Positions 6,424 to 14,884 of a DNA stretch of 36,969 bases are shown piece by piece (position 1 is the first letter of the stretch; each line of letters starts with the position of its first letter). Both the position numbers and the translations under genes were made by a program. This DNA is from a virus. Taxonomy: Duplodnaviria; Caudoviricetes. The notes beneath the pieces were generated by a model. That model searched no databases and was not told where the DNA came from. It worked only from the letters and a program-made list of their open reading frames with translations. The stretch covers positions 1 through 36,969 of the IMG/VR virus record IMGVR_UViG_3300033485_000048. The stretch is one strand, 5' to 3'.

Positions 6424-9400
6424 TTAGCCAATCGTGACGTTATCGTTGAGCTGAATCTCTCCTCTTTTATATGCAGCGAGCGCCTCGGCCTTGGTCTTGA
6501 ACTTGACCGCCTTACCACCCTTCGTGCTACTCGCGGTGTAGATGCCGAGGATCGCTTCGTGCTGGGGGAACACCATGAGGTCGTTGCGCGTCTTATCGCC
6601 GAAGAGCAAGTTGGAGAGCGTCATCGATCGGACATCTTGCATGGCGCCTTCGCTCGCCGGTACGTGAATCTGCACCGTGTCCCCGTCGTAGTCCATGTTC
6701 ATGCCCTGTTCCATGAACGGGTTCACGCGGATGGTCTTCCCCGGTACGGGTACAGGGTACGCACCCACCATGCCGAAGCGATGAAGCGTAGGTGCTCTGT
6801 TCACGATGACGGGGCGCTGTTGCGTTTCGGCCATCATCGCATCACGCGCCACAGGATGTCGGTCTGCGATCATCTGCTGTGCATCGAGTGCTTTGTAGCC
6901 ACCCTGCACGAGACGCCGCATGATGTGCGGTTCGTAGGTCTTCCAGAGCATGTCTTCGGGTAGACCGACTTGGTCCATGTCGAGCGTTAGATCTGGAGCT
7001 ACTGTACCTCGAGCTGTCAGATCTTGGGTACGTTTGAGTACCTTCGCGTGAAAGAATCCTCGCTTCGGACTGCCCTGACCCGAGATGCTGCTGATGAAAC
7101 CTTGGGCTCCACGTGCTTTGAGTTGTGGACTGACTGCATCATCGAGCCCGAACACAGCGCGTGTTGCATCGTAGAGGTGCGTACGTGCCTTACCGATCTC
7201 GTTCTCGGGGAGACTCTTCTTCGCCGTCGCGAGGGACTCATTCGCGAGGATGGCATCCCTGTAGAAGTAGTTCGCATCCGCGATGAGCAGGTCACGTTTG
7301 CCGCGCGAGGGAAGCACCGGCCTCACCACCGGCGGCACGATAGGAATCTTCGACAACACGAAGGCTTCGTGTGGTTTGATCTGCTGCTTCTCGAGGGCCT
7401 TGAGCACTTTGAGTTGCTTGATGGCGTTATCGAGCTTTGCACCCGTGGCATCGCGAACTTCTTCTTCGAGTTCTTTGATACGTGTTTCGATGTCGAGCGC
7501 CTTCAGGCGCTTTTGGATGCCTGCGCCTCCCTCTGTGTGAATCGTGCGACGGAACTCTGCTTGGGTCATACCAAGCATGCGTCGAACAGGGTCTTCGAAC
7601 GAAGGATTCACGATGGGTTCTTCGAGAGACACATGGGACCAACGACTGCCGTTGGTACCGCCGGTGATCACGGGATCGAAGAGACCGCCCTTCTCAGGGT
7701 TGAGATCCTTTTCGCGGACCATCGTGCCGCGGGTGATGGCACCTGAAGACAGTTTATCGATGTCACGATCGGTGAGCGGACCGAGCGTCACGATGTTTTG
7801 ACTCTTGTCGATGCGGATACCCGCACCCCGCAACATGTCGGTGAATTTGTCGACTGCGAAAGGTGTCCGTACAGCAGGCAACGGTTGGCCGAGTTGATAC
7901 GCTCGCCACCACGCATCGTTCTTGGAACTCTTCAGTGTGCTTGTTTCGCGAAGGACGTTACGAGCGTTGTGTGCGAGTAGCGCACCGACCTCCATGCGGC
8001 CCAGGGCCTTCGCGCCCTCTGTGCCACCTTTCGCGGGTTGCAGGTTGATGTCGTAGTCAGACACGCCGCGTGCCGCATAGTTCGTCTCAGTCGACTTGAA
8101 GAGTTTGTAGATGTACTGCGGGCCAACCATGATGCCTTTGCCGTCAGGTCCTTCGATGTTCTTGCCCGAGACCGGGTTGTAGAGAACCTCTTTGTCGCTG
8201 ATGCCGTGTTTCTTGAGCAGATCTTTCGCCCACTTGACGTTGTTCCGACCCGACATCGAGGAAATCACGATGGGTTCGCCAGTTTTCTTGGCGACTTTCG
8301 CAACCGCTGTTTCGATGATTTGAGCCGGATTCACACGGGAGACGATGCCTGCGGAGGTCATCAGCAGATCGAGAGGTGCACCGTCTTGGGTGCGCACCAT
8401 CTGGTCATCCGGGATGACCTTCGAGATGACGCCTTTGTTTCCGTAGCGTCCTGCGATCTTGTCACCGATGGCTGCGGCTTCACGCGTTTTGACGGTCAGG
8501 ACTACACGGGTCTCATTCACTACGACGTCGATCACTTCCCCTTCATTGCGATGGTCCCATACGACGGTCACTTCGCGGTACGGTGTCGCGAGAGTCTTGT
8601 GCAAACGCCCCAGCATTTGTTGTTCGGCTGATGGGGCTGTCTTTCGTATCGCAAGGACCAGCGGGTCTCCGGGTTGTACGATCGCACCGCTCTTCGCAAT
8701 ACCGCGTTCATCGAGCTTGGCGTACTGATCTGCGGTCCAACGCATGCCGAACTGTGCTTGGTGCTTCTTCTTGTCGAGAACGATGTCGTTGTCGCGCGGC
8801 AGAGACTCCTTGTACATGTGCTCACTGGTGAGCTTCTTGGCGCCGGTCTCCGAGACGACGACAGCGTCGTTGGAGTTGAGCCCGTAGTACGCGAGATACC
8901 CCACGTTCAGGTTCTTGCCCAGCGCGAGCTTGCCGTCACGTGTGTAGTTGCTCTCCGCGAGGTGCTGATTCGCCTCAACGCGATCTCCGGCCTTCACGAT
9001 GACGTCATTGTGCAAGTACGTCTTCGAGGACAGCGGGAAGTTCGTGTCGTAAGGGATCTTGATGAGCGGGGTCGCAGTTGCTGCCGTTTTTGCGTCATCA
9101 TCGGGATCTGGTTCAGTGAGAACGTGTTCGATGGGGGCGATATGTCCGTAGGGGAAGAGCGTTGCTTCGTCTTCAGCCTTCTTACGGTACTCCGGCTTGA
9201 GGTAGATGTAGTCTTTGTCGACCTTCTTGATCACGCCCGCCATGGGTGCTGTGGGAACGATGAGATCGGCAAGTTCTCGCTCGAAGGTACGTCCTGGGTT
9301 GAAGGACGCGACCTGCACGAGGGGTTCTTCGCGGTCAACGAGGGGAAGTGCCTGCGTCGAATACTTTGCCCCCATCAGGGTACGATTTCCCTGAAGGCTC

Positions 9401-10887
9401 TCGGGCATGGGCACCGTGTTGGACGCAGGCGAGAACATGAAGGAAGGGTGCGGCAGCTCGTAGTCGACATCCTTTTTCGCGACCGAAACGAGTTTCCCTT
9501 CGCGCAGTGCGGACAGCCCAGACGTGCGCTTCATCTCACCAGGAAATGCCACGGTGGACTTTTCGATCTTCTGCACAGGAACGTCTTCGAGATAGCCCGT
9601 CTTTGCGTTGCGCATGAGTGAGTACATGCGCCCTTGTTCATCGCGTTTGGTCCAGATGGCTGCGCGCAGGTCTATCCCTGCACGAAACGACTCCGGTGTG
9701 CGTGCTGGGTCGATCAGTCCGAAGTGCGTGTGATGCAGGTTGCGTGCTTCGCTGGGGACGGCTCTCTCTGAGCTGATGCCCCCTTCCCCGAGGTTGGTCA
9801 CACGCACGGCGCTGTCGATGATCTCCATCGGGTTGATCTGTGTGGGGATGGCAGACAACGCCGCGTTCGTCACGAACGACCGAAGAGACCGAGTGAACGG
9901 TGACGCCGGCATGATCTTGGCGAGGGTTGGTGCGCTGCCTGCGGTGCTGACCTTCGTCTTGATCTTACGTGTGATGGCCCGCCCTTCGAGCTGGATGCGT
10001 TCCTTGATGAAGTCATCCACGCTGTGGAGCGCTTGAAACGAGAGGCTGTCACGATCGTCTGTGTCGCGGCCTTCGCGGTGTACATCGAGGAGCTTCTGCG
10101 ACGCCTTCAACAGTGCCTGAGGTGTGACCCTGTCGAAGCGTTCACCGAGCGTCTGTTCCGTGACGTTCGGGTCGAGCATCGTGTTCTGGTACTGTGCAGC
10201 GATTTCGCGCGCCATGCTCTCGGGTGCGGTCGCCGTTCTTTTGTACTCCGGTACGAGCCGCTCGTAGAGCTTCGTGATGGCTTGTTCTTGCTTTTTCGTG
10301 AACGCATCACGGTTTGTCGCTACAACCCCCTCACCCCAGTGTTTGTTGATCTGGGTGTCGTTCACCCCGAGCGACTTGAGCACGGGATAGAGCGGGATGT
10401 TGGTCGAACCGTACTGAAGGTACATGTGCCCCTTGGCAGGATCCATGTTGATGCGGAAGTTCTCGCCCTTCCCGAGGTTGAATGCAGCCTCCAGTTCTTC
10501 GTTGCCACGGACACGTGTGTAGACGCCGGGGCGCACCCGGCGTTGATGCGCCACGGAGTACTCATTGCCCTCCACGATGAAGGTGTGGCGCTGGGTGAAG
10601 TAGGGCAACTGCGCGAGGGTGACTCCCTCCTTCCTGTCGATCACTTTGCCCGCTGCATCACGCAGAACGAGGTCTCCGCGTAGTGGCTCTTGAAGCGTCT
10701 GTCCGTTGAGGATGGCTTCCTTTTGCTCACGGGAGGAATATTCGCGTGGCAATACGTGGACGTTTTTGACCTCCAACGCCACATTGCGATGCTGCAACGG
10801 AAAGACGCTCTGAACGCCTTCGATGGCTTTCTTGTGGATCTGTTCTCGTCGCGTGCCTGCATCGACGAGTACGGGTGTGAGCTTCAT
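6424..10887 (-). CDS. rpoBC: Phage multisubunit RNA polymerase, beta subunit fused to N-terminal half of beta'
   Basis: Beta motifs: TPES, GNRTLMGAKYSTQALPL, LALGKN..NSNDAVVVSE, GDKIAGRYGNKGVISK, GIVSRVN, LGRMEVGAL. Beta' motifs: GGLFD, IPIVPPVVRP, VIVNRAPTLHR, catalytic NMDYDGD at 6679-6699. Confidence 0.95.
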   Translation of the reverse strand: MKLTPVLVDAGTRREQIHKKAIEGVQSVFPLQHRNVALEVKNVHVLPREYSSREQKEAILNGQTLQEPLRGDLVLRDAAGKVIDRKEGVTLAQLPYFTQRHTFIVEGNEYSVAHQRRVRPGVYTRVRGNEELEAAFNLGKGENFRINMDPAKGHMYLQYGSTNIPLYPVLKSLGVNDTQINKHWGEGVVATNRDAFTKKQEQAITKLYERLVPEYKRTATAPESMAREIAAQYQNTMLDPNVTEQTLGERFDRVTPQALLKASQKLLDVHREGRDTDDRDSLSFQALHSVDDFIKERIQLEGRAITRKIKTKVSTAGSAPTLAKIMPASPFTRSLRSFVTNAALSAIPTQINPMEIIDSAVRVTNLGEGGISSERAVPSEARNLHHTHFGLIDPARTPESFRAGIDLRAAIWTKRDEQGRMYSLMRNAKTGYLEDVPVQKIEKSTVAFPGEMKRTSGLSALREGKLVSVAKKDVDYELPHPSFMFSPASNTVPMPESLQGNRTLMGAKYSTQALPLVDREEPLVQVASFNPGRTFERELADLIVPTAPMAGVIKKVDKDYIYLKPEYRKKAEDEATLFPYGHIAPIEHVLTEPDPDDDAKTAATATPLIKIPYDTNFPLSSKTYLHNDVIVKAGDRVEANQHLAESNYTRDGKLALGKNLNVGYLAYYGLNSNDAVVVSETGAKKLTSEHMYKESLPRDNDIVLDKKKHQAQFGMRWTADQYAKLDERGIAKSGAIVQPGDPLVLAIRKTAPSAEQQMLGRLHKTLATPYREVTVVWDHRNEGEVIDVVVNETRVVLTVKTREAAAIGDKIAGRYGNKGVISKVIPDDQMVRTQDGAPLDLLMTSAGIVSRVNPAQIIETAVAKVAKKTGEPIVISSMSGRNNVKWAKDLLKKHGISDKEVLYNPVSGKNIEGPDGKGIMVGPQYIYKLFKSTETNYAARGVSDYDINLQPAKGGTEGAKALGRMEVGALLAHNARNVLRETSTLKSSKNDAWWRAYQLGQPLPAVRTPFAVDKFTDMLRGAGIRIDKSQNIVTLGPLTDRDIDKLSSGAITRGTMVREKDLNPEKGGLFDPVITGGTNGSRWSHVSLEEPIVNPSFEDPVRRMLGMTQAEFRRTIHTEGGAGIQKRLKALDIETRIKELEEEVRDATGAKLDNAIKQLKVLKALEKQQIKPHEAFVLSKIPIVPPVVRPVLPSRGKRDLLIADANYFYRDAILANESLATAKKSLPENEIGKARTHLYDATRAVFGLDDAVSPQLKARGAQGFISSISGQGSPKRGFFHAKVLKRTQDLTARGTVAPDLTLDMDQVGLPEDMLWKTYEPHIMRRLVQGGYKALDAQQMIADRHPVARDAMMAETQQRPVIVNRAPTLHRFGMVGAYPVPVPGKTIRVNPFMEQGMNMDYDGDTVQIHVPASEGAMQDVRSMTLSNLLFGDKTRNDLMVFPQHEAILGIYTASSTKGGKAVKFKTKAEALAAYKRGEIQLNDNVTIG

Positions 10888-10892
10888 GGTCG

Positions 10893-10900
10893 AAGTATAG
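10893..10900 (-). promoter_or_regulatory. Putative -10-like element CTATACTT giving a leaderless RNAP mRNA
   Basis: TATACT is followed by 6 nt and then the ATG at 10887; no SD visible. Confidence 0.5.
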
Positions 10901-10939
10901 ACAAAAGCGCCACCTTTCTAAAGAAAGAGCGAATTCGGG

Positions 10940-11090
10940 TATAAGAACTAGCCCCGCACTCGTGTAGTCACTGGTATCCCCCCACCAGTGGCTGCACGAT
11001 GTGGGGTACTGAACACGGTTTGTGTTCTTTACGCATCATGGCTAGCCACAACGGGGGAGTGACCTCTGCACACCAATCCGGAGGTGATGC
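10940..11090 (+). promoter_or_regulatory. Structured 5' leader (long hairpin, possible pseudoknot, SD-sequestering stem) after a TATAAG -10-like box
   Basis: TATAAG 10940-10945; ~24-bp stem 10951-10975/10984-11007 with G-U pairs; loop TCCCCC complementary to GGGGGA 11053-11058; ACCTCTG 11062-11068 pairs with CGGAGGT 11079-11085 (SD). Confidence 0.55.
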
Positions 11091-11951
11091 ATGCCTGAAA
11101 CGGTTGCGGGGCGTTTCTGCCTCGCCTGGCCGGACCGCTTGAGTCTGTACGACATGAACAGACTCGTGCGGGCCAAACGAACCTGCTCCATCCCCGATGA
11201 GCTTGGCCGGCTCGCGGGGAAGGGCATCTGCATGACGAGCGAGGAAGCCTACTCGCTCATCGAGCAGCTCTACGCGCTGTGGGAGAAGCTGGGATTCTAC
11301 CCCCTCGACCCTGATCGGGAGCCGATGGAGTGGACCCAGGGCGACGAGGATCTGCCTCCGTGCGTGCTCGCCACCACGGAGTCCATGTACGTCGACGTCA
11401 ACGACATGGACAGGATCGTCGCGCTCTACAAGGGCACGAACCTTCCCGACTACCTCCCCGAGAACGAGCGCCAGGCACGGCTGCGACGGCAGCAGAGACG
11501 CCTGGTCATGACCACGCAGTGCCGGGAACCTGGCTGTGACGAAATGGTGGCGATCACCATCGGCATGGCCGGCAGGGCAATCGTGGAGCACAAGCTCCGC
11601 GAGAAAGGAGACGTGTACGAGCCCTCGACGCTGTGCAAGACGCACAGGCTCGCGAGGGACGCCAAGCTCGCAGAGAAAAGAGCCAACGGAGCGGGCCGAT
11701 TGAACGTGCCAATCGGCGACCATGTCAGCGCCAAGGGCAAAGCCCGCGGTGCGGCGAAGGCGGCCAAGGGAAGGGCACGTAAGGCTGCCGCTGCTACGCC
11801 CGAAAACGCTACGAGCGCAGTCCCGCAGGAGGCGCCACGGCAAGAGGAGAATAGCTGTGCTGATCAGAACGTTGCTGTTGATTCTGTTCCGGAGGTGACG
11901 TCGGCTTTGCCGGCAACGCAACCGGAAGCGGAGTCGGCAGTGACGACGTAG
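11091..11951 (+). CDS. Hypothetical protein with CxxxxC...CxxH zinc-finger-like motif and low-complexity tail
   Basis: Strong GGAGGT SD; GC3-rich codon usage; CREPGC...LCKTH. Confidence 0.75.
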   Translation: MPETVAGRFCLAWPDRLSLYDMNRLVRAKRTCSIPDELGRLAGKGICMTSEEAYSLIEQLYALWEKLGFYPLDPDREPMEWTQGDEDLPPCVLATTESMYVDVNDMDRIVALYKGTNLPDYLPENERQARLRRQQRRLVMTTQCREPGCDEMVAITIGMAGRAIVEHKLREKGDVYEPSTLCKTHRLARDAKLAEKRANGAGRLNVPIGDHVSAKGKARGAAKAAKGRARKAAAATPENATSAVPQEAPRQEENSCADQNVAVDSVPEVTSALPATQPEAESAVTT

Positions 11952-12177
11952 GAACCTGCACCATGACTGGGCGGCCCCCCTCGGACAGCACAACTGTCTG
12001 GGTGGGGGTCGCCGTTTCTTTTGGTGCGGTCTCTTCGGGTGTTCCGGTGAAGAGTTCACCCACCCAGTCCTTCACGGGACGGACCAGTTCTTTTCCCAAC
12101 TCTGTTCGAAGGAGTTGCGCTGTCTTGGCTCGGGTCAAGAAGTAATGCGCAGCTGCCTTGAAGAACGGAGGGATCAT
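11809..12177 (-). CDS. Hypothetical protein (KTA motif near N-terminus)
   Basis: ATGA overlap with 12174-12644; the 3' end overlaps the convergent + strand gene by 143 nt. Confidence 0.5.
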   Translation of the reverse strand: MIPPFFKAAAHYFLTRAKTAQLLRTELGKELVRPVKDWVGELFTGTPEETAPKETATPTQTVVLSEGGRPVMVQVPTSSLPTPLPVALPAKPTSPPEQNQQQRSDQHSYSPLAVAPPAGLRS

Positions 12178-12644
12178 GATGCGCTTTCAGTCGAAGGCGT
12201 TCCGTCAGCAGGTGCCTTCTTTACTTTATTTAGGGGTGTGAAGTAACTGACGGAGATCACCATGGTGCCGTCGTTCAGCGTCTTCCGTTCTTCCCAGCGC
12301 AGCATGGCTTCGCCTGCGAGGATGCGGTTCATCAGTTCTTCGTAGGCTACGGAATCGTCACGTTCCTCGTACTGGTAGCCTTCTTCTTTGCTGCCACCCA
12401 CGATCTGTTGACCCATGATGAAGCGTTCGAAGTGCGCACGCAGGTTGTATTGCGGTACGCCTTCAGGTCTCGCTGCTCCGGGCATTGGCTCGTCGTTGAC
12501 GACCTTCTCTCCCGGAGGAATGGGGAAGTTCATGTTCGGGAAGAGCTGCGGTAGCGTGACGTTGGCGCCCCCTTTTCCGTCATCGTCAGGAAACTCGGAT
12601 GCGCGCTTCACAACCTGAGCGATGCTTTCTTCTTGGCCCTTCAT
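12174..12644 (-). CDS. Hypothetical protein downstream of the portal-like gene
   Basis: Starts 3 nt after the portal stop, with a GGAGG SD in the portal 3' end. Confidence 0.7.
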   Translation of the reverse strand: MKGQEESIAQVVKRASEFPDDDGKGGANVTLPQLFPNMNFPIPPGEKVVNDEPMPGAARPEGVPQYNLRAHFERFIMGQQIVGGSKEEGYQYEERDDSVAYEELMNRILAGEAMLRWEERKTLNDGTMVISVSYFTPLNKVKKAPADGTPSTESAS

Positions 12645-12647
12645 GCG

Positions 12648-14366
12648 CTACCCTCCGCCTTGCGCCTGACGTTTTGCTTGGTACGCCTGTGAGGTTTCCA
12701 TTTCTTCGAGTCGTTGTACCACGACAGAGTACATGACGTAGTCTTCGACCTGAAGCGCATGGAGTCTGCTCTTGCGCATGCCCGGGTCAACGCTGGAGAG
12801 TTCCTGAACGAGCTGGTCAGCTTGGCCAATGACGGCCTGCTGGTCGTATTGCAAGCCCGTCTGACCGAGCATCGCTTGCGAACGTGCTTGCTGCGCGAGG
12901 GACTGTTGTAGCTGTTGGGTCTCCTGCTGCATCTTCTGCTGGAATCGAATCTCGTCGAGCTGTTCCTGGAGGCGTCTTTCACGTTCCTTCTTCAGGTCGA
13001 AGTCGTTCAGCTCCGCGATGGTCGTGTTCGAGATCAACTGAGCGTTTTGATTCAACTGGAGGATCAGTTGCTTCTGCTGCACGTCGTCGATGAGCTTGAA
13101 CTCGGTCAGCTCGACTTCCACATCGGGCCAGCCCAGCATCTTGCAAGAACGCGTGGTGATCCACTGGAGCAGTTCGTTCAGCTCTCCCGTGTAGGTGAGG
13201 AGTTGGTTCTCGAGCATACGCAGCGTGATCGCGGACCCCGTGAACGACAGACCTCCGTAGATGAACTCGCGGGGGATACCCATCGCGGCGATGATGGAGT
13301 CTTCGGCTTCTTTCACCTCGCCGAGGGTGAGCAGCGCACGTCCATCGCCCCCGATCTGGAGCGAGTCAACGGGTACGCCCGAGTGGAAGATGGTGAGCGG
13401 GTCTTTGCGATGTCGACCAAGGCCGCGCTTCACCTCTTCGAACATACGCGAAAGCGAGATGGTCTGGATGGGGTCCGCGTTCGCGGATGTCTGCTTCGGG
13501 AAGAGCACACGGAAGGGGACGAGGTGATCAAGCGCGATTGCTTCGTTCGCCTTGCGCAGGATCGCGGTGTAGAAGAAGAGTTTGATGGTGCTCGTGAGCG
13601 GCGGGAATCCCCACTGGGGGTCGATGCCGGCGGGCGGCGCGACCTTCATGTGGTAGATCTGCCCATCCTTGAAACGGAACATCTTGTTGTCCCGTGCCGC
13701 AGCGATGAACTCGAGGGGCAAGTGGTTCAGCAACAGCTTGTTGCCTTGCCGGATGCGGTTCTTGATGTCCGGTGGGATCGAGTAGTAGTAGATGGATTTC
13801 CCCGAGATGGGATCGTGGTCGATGTCCATCTGCTTGGGGTCCCAGCGGATGATGTGAATCTGGTTGGGGTCAGTCAGGCGCCGATCGATGACCTTGCCTC
13901 GTACCGTGCGTCGACACTTTCGGCACGTGTACTCAAAGGTCATCGGGGTGTACTTGAAACGGTAATTCACGTGCTGGATGTTGACGAGCTTGTTGCACTG
14001 TGGACACTTCAAAAAGCGCGCGAACGGCTGGTACAGGGAGATGAATGCGTTGCCGTAGATCCAACGGTCACGCCCACTGAGAATGAGGATCTCTTTCACG
14101 CGCAGTGTCTTCTCGAGCAACTCCTTGACGCGGTCCTCGGCGCCTCTGTTGGTGGTGTTGTAGGAGATGTCCGTGATGGGGTATTCGGAGAACTTCTTCA
14201 ACGCAGCAAAGACTTGCGCTGAGTTGTAGTAGAGGTACTCCATCCACGCGAACAGGTCACGGAGTCGACGGGGGACAAACCCCGTCACGAAGTCGAACAT
14301 CGGATTGGGATGCGCTGTGTTGTTTCGATACAGCGCTTCCAGATCCGTTACGGTCATATCAGACAT
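12648..14366 (-). CDS. Probable portal protein with zinc-ribbon insertion
   Basis: 572 aa; RWIYGNAF, WGFPPL, IIAAMGIPREFIYGGLSFTGS, a pattern typical of portal clip/tunnel regions; Gln-rich coiled-coil C-terminus; CPQC...CRKC insert; GAGGA SD. Confidence 0.7.
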   Translation of the reverse strand: MSDMTVTDLEALYRNNTAHPNPMFDFVTGFVPRRLRDLFAWMEYLYYNSAQVFAALKKFSEYPITDISYNTTNRGAEDRVKELLEKTLRVKEILILSGRDRWIYGNAFISLYQPFARFLKCPQCNKLVNIQHVNYRFKYTPMTFEYTCRKCRRTVRGKVIDRRLTDPNQIHIIRWDPKQMDIDHDPISGKSIYYYSIPPDIKNRIRQGNKLLLNHLPLEFIAAARDNKMFRFKDGQIYHMKVAPPAGIDPQWGFPPLTSTIKLFFYTAILRKANEAIALDHLVPFRVLFPKQTSANADPIQTISLSRMFEEVKRGLGRHRKDPLTIFHSGVPVDSLQIGGDGRALLTLGEVKEAEDSIIAAMGIPREFIYGGLSFTGSAITLRMLENQLLTYTGELNELLQWITTRSCKMLGWPDVEVELTEFKLIDDVQQKQLILQLNQNAQLISNTTIAELNDFDLKKERERRLQEQLDEIRFQQKMQQETQQLQQSLAQQARSQAMLGQTGLQYDQQAVIGQADQLVQELSSVDPGMRKSRLHALQVEDYVMYSVVVQRLEEMETSQAYQAKRQAQGGG

Positions 14367-14402
14367 GGAGTCCTCAATTCACCTGAAAGGAGAATAGGTT
14401 AG

Positions 14403-14882
14403 GTGCCATCGGATTACAAGCGCACGGTCTGTAACTTCTGCATCCACAAGGTGAATTGTGAAGGCCTTCGTGGACGACTCCTGTGTGGTCTCTGTCCCAA
14501 AGCACTACTGTGCACCATGCACGGTGATATTGGAAGTCGCACGTGTTCGTTCGTGACGGAACGCTGGACTGCAACTTTACCGAGTAAATGCTTGCTCGCC
14601 GTGAGCTTGTTGCCGGAGCTGACCGACAAGGGCGACAGCCAATCCCTCGCAGTGGGTTTCCGGACAGCACAGACACTTTTGCGTTTGGAAAACGGGGAGG
14701 GCGAGTCAAGTGAATTGTGGCTTTGCCCACGGTGTAGTCTCCCCACTTTGGCGAAAAAAGTCCATCACGATTGGAATGCGGGCATCGGTCGCAAGCACCA
14801 ATTGTCCACCGAATATCGCTTGGTCTGTTCGATTTGTGGCCTTGACGAGCGCAAAGTGCATGGAGTAATGTCGGCGAGATAA
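14403..14882 (+). CDS. Cys-rich zinc-finger protein
   Basis: CNFC, CGLC, CPRC and CSIC pairs; ends 2 nt before the helicase start. Confidence 0.6.
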   Translation: MPSDYKRTVCNFCIHKVNCEGLRGRLLCGLCPKALLCTMHGDIGSRTCSFVTERWTATLPSKCLLAVSLLPELTDKGDSQSLAVGFRTAQTLLRLENGEGESSELWLCPRCSLPTLAKKVHHDWNAGIGRKHQLSTEYRLVCSICGLDERKVHGVMSAR

Positions 14883-14884
14883 AC

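Noticed and set aside
9070-9190. Intein in the RNAP insert
   Set aside because: Only ~40 aa, with no Cys/Ser start or His-Asn end
6424-10887. Host chromosomal rpoBC operon
   Set aside because: No ribosomal-protein neighbours, highly reduced and divergent sequence, and portal and terminase genes in the same window
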